A stretch of DNA of 64,000 nucleotides from Nitrospirota bacterium (GTDB lineage: Bacteria > Nitrospirota > Nitrospiria > 2-01-FULL-66-17): positions 96,001 through 160,000 of the forward strand of contig JBMOMC010000002.1 of assembly GCA_049325335.1 (NCBI GenBank). Reading direction: 5' to 3'. Below the pieces are notes generated by a model. It had not been told where the DNA came from. It worked only from the letters and a program-made list of their open reading frames with translations, and searched no databases. Both the position numbers and the translations under genes were made by a program. Numbering within the stretch: the first letter of the stretch is position 1; the number at the start of each line of letters is the position of its first letter. Positions 37,642 through 47,037 of the stretch are shown one piece after another.

Positions 37642-38684
37642 CGATCAAGCCCACACCTGAACGCGCGGACTCGCCCTTGACCACGGGCATGCTCGACGAC
37701 GACCGCCGGTACGAAACCAGCCTGCGGCCGCTTGCGCTGGACGAGTACGTGGGCCAGGAAAAGGTCAAAGAGACGTTGCGCGTGTACATCGAGGCCGCGC
37801 GGCAACGCGGGGAGGTGCTGGACCACACGATCTTTTACGGCCCGCCCGGACTGGGCAAGACCACGCTCGCGCACATCATCGCCAAAGAACTCGGGGTGCA
37901 ACTCAAGACCACGTCAGGTCCCGCGCTGGAGCACGCGGGTGATCTGGCCGCGATCCTGACCAACCTCGCGCCCCGCGACGTGTTCTTCATCGACGAAATC
38001 CACCGGTTGCACCCGGCCGTGGAAGAAATCCTGTACCCTGCGATGGAGGACTTCCAACTCGACATCGTGATCGGCCAGGGCCCGTCCGCGCGCAGCATCA
38101 AACTGGACCTGCCGCCGTTCACCCTGGTAGGCGCCACCACGCGCGCTGGGCTCTTGACCTCGCCGCTGCGAGACCGCTTCGGCGTGATCTCGCGTCTGGA
38201 GTACTACACCCCGGCCGAGCTGGAACAAATCGTCATGCGCTCCTCGCGCCTGCTCAACGTGCCCATCGACCCCGAAGGCGCCCAAGAAATCGCCCGCCGC
38301 GCGCGCGGCACCCCGCGCATCGCCAACCGCCTGCTGCGCCGCGTGCGCGATTTCGCCCAGGTCAAAGCCGACGGCATGATCACCATGAAGTCGGCGCGAG
38401 GCGCCTTGGCCATGATGGAAATCGACGAACACGGCTTCGACGTCATGGACCGCCGCCTGCTGGCCGCCATCATCGACAAATTCAACGGCGGCCCGGTCGG
38501 TGTTGATACGCTGGCCTCCGCCATCGGCGAAGAACGCGAGACCATCGAAGACGTCTACGAACCCTTCTTGCTACAAGGCGGTTTCCTCGACCGCACCCCC
38601 CGCGGCCGCCTCGCCACCCCGCTGGCGTACCAACACCTGAACCGACCACAACCGAACAACGCGGATCAAAAGCCGCTGTGGTAG
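37638..38684 (+). CDS. ruvB: Holliday junction helicase RuvB
   Basis: [37 protein letters not shown]. Confidence 0.97.
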   Translation: MTIKPTPERADSPLTTGMLDDDRRYETSLRPLALDEYVGQEKVKETLRVYIEAARQRGEVLDHTIFYGPPGLGKTTLAHIIAKELGVQLKTTSGPALEHAGDLAAILTNLAPRDVFFIDEIHRLHPAVEEILYPAMEDFQLDIVIGQGPSARSIKLDLPPFTLVGATTRAGLLTSPLRDRFGVISRLEYYTPAELEQIVMRSSRLLNVPIDPEGAQEIARRARGTPRIANRLLRRVRDFAQVKADGMITMKSARGALAMMEIDEHGFDVMDRRLLAAIIDKFNGGPVGVDTLASAIGEERETIEDVYEPFLLQGGFLDRTPRGRLATPLAYQHLNRPQPNNADQKPLW

Positions 38685-38784
38685 GCCTGTGATGCTGGTT
38701 CCCTACCCTGGTTGCGAGAGATTATCTTGCTGTGAAGAGAGATGAGCGACGTCAGGTGCCGCCATCGGGTCAGCGTGAAACGCA

Positions 38785-39438
38785 ATGAAGATTGCCCTCA
38801 CGGTTGAGATGCTTGTTCACGAGGCGAAGGACTTCGCCAAACGCGAATCACGTCACCGTGAGCCTAGTTTATTCGGGGTAACGGACGGCAAGGCGGTGGG
38901 CACGTACTTGGAGCACAAGTTCCAAGCCCTCCTCCAGGAGAAGTACACCTACGTGAAGGGTTCGTCAGCCAAGGGGATCGACTTCCCAAAACTCGGAGTC
39001 GACATCAAGGTCACCAGTATTCGGCAGCCGCAATCCTCGTGTCCGTTCAAGTCCGCGCGCCAAAAGGTGTACGGACTAGGCTATTCGCTGCTTGTCTTCG
39101 TCTATGATAAAAAAGACGATCGAACAACGCATTCAGCGGCACTCAATATCAAACATGTCATCTTTGTTGAGGCCGGCCGAACGGGTGATTACCAAACGAC
39201 GACCGGGATCATCAAGATACTGGACAACTCTGGAAACGCCGATGATCTCGTGGCCTTCATGTCCGAGCGGTTCCTGCCGCTTGAAGAGATTCAGTCACGC
39301 CAGCTTGCTCAGGAGATTCTGAAGAAAAGGCCGGAGGTAGGATATCTGACAATCTCGAATGCCCTTCAGTGGCGGCTTCAGTACAGCCGCGTGATCGAAC
39401 ACGCAGGCCAAGTAAGCGGCGTGAACCGAGTGGTCTGA
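38785..39438 (+). CDS. Type II restriction endonuclease, NspV-like
   Basis: GVTDGKAVGTYLEHKF, GIDFP..VDIKVTS.RQPQSSCPF, SNALQWRLQY (recalled similarity to R.NspV; not searched). Confidence 0.75.
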   Translation: MKIALTVEMLVHEAKDFAKRESRHREPSLFGVTDGKAVGTYLEHKFQALLQEKYTYVKGSSAKGIDFPKLGVDIKVTSIRQPQSSCPFKSARQKVYGLGYSLLVFVYDKKDDRTTHSAALNIKHVIFVEAGRTGDYQTTTGIIKILDNSGNADDLVAFMSERFLPLEEIQSRQLAQEILKKRPEVGYLTISNALQWRLQYSRVIEHAGQVSGVNRVV

Positions 39439-41000
39439 TGACGCCGACGCCGAAAGTCGAGTTCGGGGACTTCCAGACACCGCCGGATCTGGCGCATGAG
39501 ATTGCCGGCTTCCTTCGTAACAGCGGCGAGACTGCCGACGTCATTGTCGAACCCACTTGCGGCCGTGGTAATTTTGTCGCCGCGGCGATGACCTCATTCC
39601 CTAGAGCCAAGGCCATATATGGTTTTGATATTAACCCTCAATACGTTCGCGATGCGGTGAACGTCGTTCGCGAACATGATGGGCGAGAACCGGATCTGGA
39701 ATGTCGGAACTTTTTTCAAATGGATTGGACAGACTTCCTCGCGACGCTTGCCGGAACCATCCTTGTCATCGGCAATCCTCCTTGGGTCACAAATTCCACT
39801 CTCGGCGTACTGGGGAGCGACAATCTTCCTGAAAAGACCAATTTTCAGGGCCACAAGGGCTTCGCCGCTAAGACAGGAAAGGCCAACTTCGACATCTCGG
39901 AGTGGATGCTCATTAGGCTCACGGAGGCATTACATTGTCGCGTCGGTTGCTTGGCCATGCTCTGCAAAACCTCAACTGCCCGCAAGACATTGAGACATGC
40001 GTGGCTGAACAAATTAAACGTCGGACGGTGTTCTCTCCATTTGATCGATGCCCAGAAACATTTCAGCGCGTCCGTTGATGCGTGTCTTCTCATCATGCAC
40101 ACTGGGATGGGAAGGTCTGACGCTACGGCCTGTGTCTATCCCCAGCTTTCTTTTCATGGGAGGCTTTCGACCATCGGTCTTGTGGGCAAGGAACTGGTCG
40201 CTGACATCGACGAGTACCTACGCCTGCGTGACATTGACGGCATTCCGTACTACACATGGCGCTCTGGGGTGAAGCATGACGCGGCGGGAATTATGGAATT
40301 CAGGCAAGACAACGGGTATTTCATCAACGGAAAACATGAGAAATGCCGACTCGAGATGACGTATCTCTTTCCGCTCCTGAAGTCTTCGGACATTGCCAAT
40401 GGCCGCATAGTTCCCGATCGGTATGTATTACTGACTCAGCAGAAGCCGTCGGACAAAACCGATTACATTAAAGGCTCGGCCCCAAAGACATGGAACTACT
40501 TGATCGAACACGCAGACGTCCTTGACAAAAGACGGAGCATCATTTACGAAAAACGCGCTCGCTTTTCCGTCTTTGGCGTCGGTGATTATACGTTTGCGCC
40601 TTGGAAGGTCGCCGTGTCGGGACTCTACAAGAACTGCCGGTTTGTGGTTGTTGGAATGCAACACGGGAAGCCGATTGTGCTAGACGATACCTGTTACTTT
40701 ATCCCGTGTGCGTCGGAAGATGAGGCGCGGTTTATGTGTGAACTCTTAAACTCTGACATCTGTCAACGATTCCTCCGATCCCTCGTGTTCTTTGACGCCA
40801 AGCGGCCGATCACGATCGACGTCCTAAATCGGATCGACTTGAAGAGAGTGGCCGACCATGTATACAGGGCTGAAGAAGCGAGAAAGTTTCTGGTCACTGC
40901 AGCGGAGTTTGAGAACAAACAACCTCTCTTCGTTTTTGAGAAGAACGCTAAGTATCGGATCGACGCGTTGCGACAACGGAGCGGGTCGCGCGTCGGATGA
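39438..41000 (+). CDS. Cognate amino (N6-adenine-type) DNA methyltransferase
   Basis: GDFQTP, motif I VEPTCGRGNF, motif IV NPPW; TGATG coupling to the REase. Confidence 0.85.
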   Translation: MTPTPKVEFGDFQTPPDLAHEIAGFLRNSGETADVIVEPTCGRGNFVAAAMTSFPRAKAIYGFDINPQYVRDAVNVVREHDGREPDLECRNFFQMDWTDFLATLAGTILVIGNPPWVTNSTLGVLGSDNLPEKTNFQGHKGFAAKTGKANFDISEWMLIRLTEALHCRVGCLAMLCKTSTARKTLRHAWLNKLNVGRCSLHLIDAQKHFSASVDACLLIMHTGMGRSDATACVYPQLSFHGRLSTIGLVGKELVADIDEYLRLRDIDGIPYYTWRSGVKHDAAGIMEFRQDNGYFINGKHEKCRLEMTYLFPLLKSSDIANGRIVPDRYVLLTQQKPSDKTDYIKGSAPKTWNYLIEHADVLDKRRSIIYEKRARFSVFGVGDYTFAPWKVAVSGLYKNCRFVVVGMQHGKPIVLDDTCYFIPCASEDEARFMCELLNSDICQRFLRSLVFFDAKRPITIDVLNRIDLKRVADHVYRAEEARKFLVTAAEFENKQPLFVFEKNAKYRIDALRQRSGSRVG

Positions 41001-41479
41001 CCAGGGAGTCGCCCCTTGGGTTTCGGTGGCTCCATTCCTGGCGGTCCTCACTGATTTTTGAGAACAGCGTCAGATACAAGTCCCGTCGGATCGAGACGCG
41101 CCGACAGGCGATCCAAGCTGAAATCGACGCACGGCGGTCGGCGGCTGAGCGAAATCGCCTCGGCCAATTTGCTACTCCCAATCGTCTTGCGGTCGAGATC
41201 GCGAAGTACGTGAAGACGCTCCTCGGTCGCAAGAACGTCGACATCAGATTCGCCGACCCATCGATCGGATCAGGCAGTTTTTTCTCCGCGGTGCTCACCG
41301 TGTTCGGCCGCGATCGTATCGCCAAGGCCGTTGGCATCGAACTCGATCCCGCGTTTTTCGACGTGGCCCGCGTGCTGTGGGCTGACCAGGGGCTTGATGT
41401 TGTCCGTGGGGACTTTACCCGCATTGTCGCAAGCCCATCATGTCTACCGGACTTCCTTTATGTCGAAGCAATGCTTTGA
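40997..41479 (+). pseudogene. Truncated second DNA methyltransferase (N-terminal part only)
   Basis: ERNRLGQFATP, FADPSIGSGSF, GIELDP, GDF; ends before any NPPY motif. Confidence 0.7.
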
Positions 41480-41511
41480 CAGCAGGGTTATATCGAGAGG
41501 TCAGGGAGGAC

Positions 41512-41898
41512 ATGATGGCTACGCACGGACCAGCGGAAACAGTCCGTCAGTTGATCGACGCGCTCAATAACGGCAACCTGGAGGCGGCGTTGGCGTTGTA
41601 CGACCCGCAGGCCGTCATGGTCGCGGAGCCTGGTCAGGTCGTGACTGGGAAAGCGGCGCTGCGCAAGGCGTTGCAGGGGTTTATTGCGCTGCGGCCCACG
41701 ATCCGGAGCGTCAAACGCGCTGTCGTCGAGACCGGAGATGTCGCGCAGTATTGCGGGGAGTGGACGTTGGCGGGAACCGACCCCACCGGTAAGCTGGTGA
41801 GCATGTCTGGCAAATCATCCGACGTGCTGTGTAAACAAGCCGATGGGACCTGGAAAATCGTCGTGGACAATCCCTGGGGCACCGGTATTCTGGGGTAA
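41512..41898 (+). CDS. SnoaL/DUF4440 (YybH-like) protein
   Basis: ALNNGNLEAALALYDPQA, QADGTWKIVVDNPW; GGAGGA RBS. Confidence 0.85.
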   Translation: MMATHGPAETVRQLIDALNNGNLEAALALYDPQAVMVAEPGQVVTGKAALRKALQGFIALRPTIRSVKRAVVETGDVAQYCGEWTLAGTDPTGKLVSMSGKSSDVLCKQADGTWKIVVDNPWGTGILG

Positions 41899-41915
41899 CT
41901 ATTGGGATGCCGGTC

Positions 41916-41993
41916 GTGAGCCCTGTTGATTCCGACAACGTTCGACTTTCGCGGATCGGACAGATCGCGGTCCCGGTCAGCGCTGATGAGTGA
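41916..41993 (+). pseudogene. Possible 5' remnant of a VOC/glyoxalase gene
   Basis: RLSRIGQIAVPV then an early stop. Confidence 0.35.
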
Positions 41994-42077
41994 GATTCGG
42001 CCGTGACGGGCGCTGAATAGGCGGCCCCGCGTAGCGACGATGAACGCCCTTGATCCATCGCGGACCCCCTCGCGCCC

Positions 42078-42947
42078 GTGACTCCGGCACGCGGACCGAT
42101 CGCTCTGATGTGGGGGATAGTGATCGCGTATATCGCGGTCAGCGCTGTGCTGTTTGCGGTGGCTCCCGCGCGTCAAATCTTCGCGCTGATCGTCGCAAGC
42201 GTCGGAGTGGCGTTCCTCCATGGCTCGATGCGCTACGGACTCACGGGCGTGCTGGCGTTCCTCGCGTTGTTTTCGGGCGGCGGTTTTGCGGTGGAGAACT
42301 TCAGCGTGGTTGCAGGACCTCCCTTCGGTCAATACCACTTCACCAACGCGTTTGACCTGCCGATGATCGGCCACGTCCCGCTTGACGTCGGCGTGATGTA
42401 CTTTGCGATGGGCTATCACGCGTGGGTCATCGGCAACGTTTTACTCGATAAGGCCGATGCGCGGTTGGACCAACGGTTCAACCGGATCGCCCTGCCCGTG
42501 GTCGCGGCGTTCGTGATGGTGATGTGGGGGGTGGTGGTGGATCCTGGGAGCGCTACAATCCTGAAGGTTTGGATCTGGCACAACAGCGGCGGCTACTTCG
42601 GGGTCCCGCTGATCAACTATCTCGGCTGGTACGTGGTCGTGTACGCGTTCTTTCAAAGCTTTGCGTGGTACCTGGCCGCTCGGTCCCGACGTGCGCCGAC
42701 CCAAACAAATAATCTTGGCCCGAGCTACTGGCTCCCCCCTGTGGTGCTGTACCTGCTGGTGGTCGTCGGCGCCTTGGTCATGCACGTCGTGTCGCCGAAC
42801 ACCGAGCATCCCGATGCACTGGGTTATGTGTGGCGTAGCCAGGATATCTATGAAACCGCCGCCATCGTCAGTATCTTCACGATGGGATTTGCGGGCGTGT
42901 TAGCCGTGGTGCGACTCTTCCAGCCGCGGCCGGACAACGTTCGATGA
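42078..42947 (+). CDS. CruF-like (DUF422) membrane protein
   Basis: HGSMRYG, PFGQYHF, VVDP, WIW...GYFGVPLINYLGW. Confidence 0.75.
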   Translation: MTPARGPIALMWGIVIAYIAVSAVLFAVAPARQIFALIVASVGVAFLHGSMRYGLTGVLAFLALFSGGGFAVENFSVVAGPPFGQYHFTNAFDLPMIGHVPLDVGVMYFAMGYHAWVIGNVLLDKADARLDQRFNRIALPVVAAFVMVMWGVVVDPGSATILKVWIWHNSGGYFGVPLINYLGWYVVVYAFFQSFAWYLAARSRRAPTQTNNLGPSYWLPPVVLYLLVVVGALVMHVVSPNTEHPDALGYVWRSQDIYETAAIVSIFTMGFAGVLAVVRLFQPRPDNVR

Positions 42948-43481
42948 CCGGCGGTCTCTGTCCGATCCGGACGGCGAGAAGTCGCGAAGCACCGCCGGCC
43001 GCCACGCGGAGTTTGTCACCCGCCAGGTTCCGCGTTCTTCGGCGAACATCAAATCGAATCGATACAGATCCGCGCGCAGGGCGGGGAGGTCGTCCACGCT
43101 AGGAATCGGGCGGCCCGCCATGGCGGCAAACACCGTGGCCGTGGCGTGAGGCGGTTGCGCATCCACGCGATCGATCCGGGTGAGCAGATGGATCGAGTCG
43201 TGCCGGCGAAATTGCATGAAGAGCACGCTGAGGATCGCGCGTTGGTCTTGGCCCGCGTCGTCGCGATACGTGTCGGAGAGCACGTCCTTCAGCCCGCCCA
43301 GGTCCTTGGCTTCCGCGAGCGTTTCGGCGTGCGTGATGGCCGCGCGGATCTGGCCTTCCGGCGAGTCGTCTCCGGATCGGCACGATGCCGCGCTCGCGAC
43401 CATGAGCGCCAGTCCAACCATCGCGAACAACCGACGGCCGAGGCGTGGCTCGTTGTGCCGGGATCGAAATCGGTTCATCAT
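42900..43481 (-). CDS. Putative lipoprotein with NTF2-like fold
   Basis: Lipobox AASC; AEAKDLGGL..LSDTYRD, GTWRVTNSAW. Confidence 0.65.
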   Translation of the reverse strand: MMNRFRSRHNEPRLGRRLFAMVGLALMVASAASCRSGDDSPEGQIRAAITHAETLAEAKDLGGLKDVLSDTYRDDAGQDQRAILSVLFMQFRRHDSIHLLTRIDRVDAQPPHATATVFAAMAGRPIPSVDDLPALRADLYRFDLMFAEERGTWRVTNSAWRPAVLRDFSPSGSDRDRRSSNVVRPRLEESHHG

Positions 43482-43564
43482 CCACCAGTGTAGCGCAGCC
43501 CGGGTGATCGAGCCGCTTTCTTTCCCGGTTTGTGCTGCCGTATCATCATATGGAGTCATCGGCC

Positions 43565-43903
43565 ATGACGTTTTCAACCGCATTCAAGGTGTCCGGCGTG
43601 TTCCTGCTCGCTCTGGGGGCGGAACTCTTGGCCGCGTATTTTTTATTTTCGAACTACGCCTATGACCTGGCCAACACCGGGGAATATACGGTCGAGGAAG
43701 CGTATACCACAGGTCCGATCGGGTCCGCGGCCACCATGTTCTACCTCCTGTTCGGCGTCACCGCGGCCGCCGCGTTAGTCCCGCCGGTGATTGCCGCGGC
43801 GTCGTTCGCGTTCGGACGACGGGACGCGCAGGCCCCGAGCGTGAATCAGTCGTTGCGGGTGTTGCCCCCGCCCCATCCCGATCATAGTGACATCTCTCGC
43901 TAA
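43565..43903 (+). CDS. Small two-TM hypothetical protein
   Basis: GGAG RBS; two hydrophobic segments. Confidence 0.55.
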   Translation: MTFSTAFKVSGVFLLALGAELLAAYFLFSNYAYDLANTGEYTVEEAYTTGPIGSAATMFYLLFGVTAAAALVPPVIAAASFAFGRRDAQAPSVNQSLRVLPPPHPDHSDISR

Positions 43904-44014
43904 TCTGTTCGTTTGAGGGTTACCCGCTTGGCGGCGATGTCGTGACGTGCAACGACCGGGGCCCCTTTTCCCCACGAACACCTTGGTTCGTCTTCCCGGT
44001 CGAACCGGCGGGCC

Positions 44015-44148
44015 GCTGTGCCGACACACCCTGCGGAGGTCCTCCGACACGCTCAGGACGAACGGACGTGGCATTGAAATTCCTGCCATGTATCCACTCG
44101 TGGTGAACCCGTCGAACCACACTTAAGACCTTCGTCAGCACTCTACTA
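44015..44148. repeat. Degenerate full-length copy of the 22116-22254 element
   Basis: CTCAGGACGAACGG...GGCATTGAA...TCGTGGTGAACCCGTCGAACCAC...AAGACCTTCGTCAGCACTCT, collinear with the first copy. Confidence 0.7.
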
Positions 44149-44383
44149 AACACGGTCGAGAATCAGGCTCGCGTTGCATTCCGTGAGGCTGCGCGCTACA
44201 GTACGGCCTCGGTTGAATCGCTTCGACAGGTGACGCCATGGTTGTCACGTCGCTCCCGCAGGTCGCGTGGGGCTCTTCCCGATCGCCCCCCCGCAGGGGG
44301 GGACCCTTCCTCCGTCGACTCGCGCGCACAGGATGTCACGCTGACGGTCCCACCCCACCCACCTCGCCGAAAGGAGTAGAACG

Positions 44384-46951
44384 ATGGCCACATCCCCGAG
44401 ACCGCAGGACACCGACTTTACCAAAGACGTACAAGGCCGTTATCTGTGTAATGGATTGGACGAAGCGTTGGCGAGCGGAAACCCGGAACGGTATCCCGGG
44501 GCGCGGCCGTTCGACGTCATTATTCTGGGCGGGGGGTCATTCGGCGCCGTCGTCGCGCAGCACCTGTTTGCGCGGGACGCCACGCGCCGTCACCGGATCT
44601 TGGTGTTGGAGGGCGGACCGTTTGTCCTCCCCGAACATATTCAGAACATGCCGCTCGCGGGGCTGAATCCGGCCTCCGCCACCAGCATTGCGGATCTGCG
44701 CCAAGCCGGGATGGACGGCATGGCGCGCAACGAGGTCTGGGGGCTGGCCTGGCATTCCGATCATAAATTCCCGGGCCTTGCCTACTGTCTGGGCGGACGG
44801 TCCTTGTACTTCGGCGGGTGGTCACCGCGATTGCTCGACGCCGAGATGCCCATGCCTCCGTGGCCGCCCGAGGTCGTGGCCGCGCTCAAGGGTCAATATT
44901 TCGACGAGGCTGCCCGGCAAATCGGCACCAATATCACCAACGACTTTATCAACGGCCCGTTACACGAGGCGTTGCGGGAGCGCGTGTACGACGGCCTCCG
45001 GGCTGATGAGATCACGGACGCGATGCCGCTTGATGGATTGCCGCTTGAACTCGATGACGCCCCCGGCCTTGATCCCGACTTGGCGAAACTGGACGCCCCG
45101 CTTGCGGTCCAAAGCGCCTCGCGGTCAGGATTTTTCCCCTTCAATAAGTTCTCCAGCATCCCGCTGCTGATGAAGGCGGCGCGTGAGGCGTATGCCGAAT
45201 CCGGCGGTGATGATTCCAAAAAGCGCCTCATGATCGTTCCGAATTGCCACATCACCCGTCTCGTCACCGCGGGCGGGCGAGTGACGGCGGTGGAGACCAA
45301 CCGCGGTCCGGTCGCGCTTCCCCCGGAGGGGATCGTGGTGATGGCGTTGGGCACGATCGAGAACGCGCGCCTGGCGCTGGTGTCGTTTCCGAACGCGCCC
45401 AGCTCCGCGCTGATCGGGAAGAATTTGATGGCGCACCTGCGGTCCAATCTCACGATCCGCATCCCGCGGACCGCGCTGCCCATCGAGGCCTCGATCAACG
45501 AGCTCCAGGCTTCGGCCCTCTTCGTCAAGGGACGGCATCAACATACCGACGGGTCCGCCGGGTTTTTTCACGTGCAGATCACGGCGTCGGGGTTGTCCGC
45601 GATCGGGGTGGATTCCGAGCGGGAGTTGTTCCGGAAGATCCCGGATCTTGACGGGTTCGACGCGTTCCGCGCGGTGACCGACACGCACGTGGTCGTCACC
45701 ATCCGCGGCATCGGCGAGATGGAGGCGGGCAATCCCCGCAGCGCGGTCACGCTGGACGCCGAGTCCGATGAATTCGGCATCCGGCGCGCGTTTGTGGCGC
45801 TCGCCCCGACGACCAAAGATCAGGCCCTGTGGGATGCGGTGGATCGGGCGAGCGACGACGTCGCGTTGGTCCTGGCGAACGGGTCGTCCTATGAAGTACA
45901 AGCCGAAGCGGGATTTCTCCCGGTTGCTGCCGGTCAAGCGGCGTCCACGGTGTTGGCGCCGGCGAGACGGCGTGACGGCTTAGGGACGACGCACCACGAG
46001 GCCGGAACCCTCTGGATGGGCGACCATCCCGCGACCTCGGTGACGAACGCCGACGGTCGGCTGCACGACGTGGTCAATGCCTACGTGGTAGGCCCCGCGC
46101 TCTTTCCCACCATCGGCTCGCCGAATCCGATGTTGACCGGCGTGGCGTTGGCGCGGCGACTCGCGGACCAGGTCACGATCGAGGCTATTCCGTCGATCGA
46201 GGCCGGGTTCGAGGCGTTGTTCGACGGGACCGACCGCTCGTTTCAGGCGTGGCAGGCCGTGGGGGCCGGGCGGTTCTCCTTGATCGACGGTACCATCGTG
46301 GCCGAACCCGGCGGCGATCTTGGTCTGTTGTACTACGCGGCCAAACGATACAATGACTTCACGCTTACTCTCGAATTTCGCCTCGAGACCGTCAACGACA
46401 ACTCGGGTATTTTCGTTCGGTTCCACGATCCGCGCCGGCTGGTGCCCGACCGCCGGGATCCAACCACGATGCATCGGTACCACAATCAAGCGTGGGTGGC
46501 GGTGGACACCGGGTTTGAGGTGCAGATCGACGAGCGCGCGTTGCAGGAGGACCAACGAACCGGCGCGATCTATGCCGTTCCGATCGGCGCGTCGCCTGGT
46601 CAGCAAATCTACACCCGAGCCGCTGCCCTGCGACGGGGCGAATGGAATACCTATGAGATTCAGGTGAACGGTGATGTGTATACCGTGCGTCTGAACGGCG
46701 TGCAAACCACGCGGATGACGAATCGGGACTCGTATCGCGGCAAGTCATCGGCCCAAGACGCGGCCTCGGGCTACATCGGGCTTCAAGCCCACACCGGGCG
46801 CGTGGCGTTTCGGGCGATCAACATCCGGCCGGAGCCCCCGACCGCGCCGACGAAGACCGAGGAAGAGGTGTACGTCGAAGTCACGCGGGCTCAGGCGCGG
46901 CAACAAAAGACCGGCGCGTCCGGTCGCGTCGGGGAGGGGAAGAAACTCTAG
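44384..46951 (+). CDS. GMC oxidoreductase fused to DUF1080 (3-keto-disaccharide hydrolase-like)
   Basis: IILGGGSFG FAD motif, LGGRS, HHEAGT, GSPNPMLT; C-terminal LFDG, DFTLTLEF, NSGIFVR, GEWNTYEI, GYIGLQAH. Confidence 0.85.
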   Translation: MATSPRPQDTDFTKDVQGRYLCNGLDEALASGNPERYPGARPFDVIILGGGSFGAVVAQHLFARDATRRHRILVLEGGPFVLPEHIQNMPLAGLNPASATSIADLRQAGMDGMARNEVWGLAWHSDHKFPGLAYCLGGRSLYFGGWSPRLLDAEMPMPPWPPEVVAALKGQYFDEAARQIGTNITNDFINGPLHEALRERVYDGLRADEITDAMPLDGLPLELDDAPGLDPDLAKLDAPLAVQSASRSGFFPFNKFSSIPLLMKAAREAYAESGGDDSKKRLMIVPNCHITRLVTAGGRVTAVETNRGPVALPPEGIVVMALGTIENARLALVSFPNAPSSALIGKNLMAHLRSNLTIRIPRTALPIEASINELQASALFVKGRHQHTDGSAGFFHVQITASGLSAIGVDSERELFRKIPDLDGFDAFRAVTDTHVVVTIRGIGEMEAGNPRSAVTLDAESDEFGIRRAFVALAPTTKDQALWDAVDRASDDVALVLANGSSYEVQAEAGFLPVAAGQAASTVLAPARRRDGLGTTHHEAGTLWMGDHPATSVTNADGRLHDVVNAYVVGPALFPTIGSPNPMLTGVALARRLADQVTIEAIPSIEAGFEALFDGTDRSFQAWQAVGAGRFSLIDGTIVAEPGGDLGLLYYAAKRYNDFTLTLEFRLETVNDNSGIFVRFHDPRRLVPDRRDPTTMHRYHNQAWVAVDTGFEVQIDERALQEDQRTGAIYAVPIGASPGQQIYTRAAALRRGEWNTYEIQVNGDVYTVRLNGVQTTRMTNRDSYRGKSSAQDAASGYIGLQAHTGRVAFRAINIRPEPPTAPTKTEEEVYVEVTRAQARQQKTGASGRVGEGKKL

Positions 46952-47037
46952 GTCCCCGCTGCCGGCCGAGTCGTGGGATCCGCGGCGGGGTGCGCGATCG
47001 CACACCCCGCCGCATGGCCCCGGCGTCGGGACGCGGG

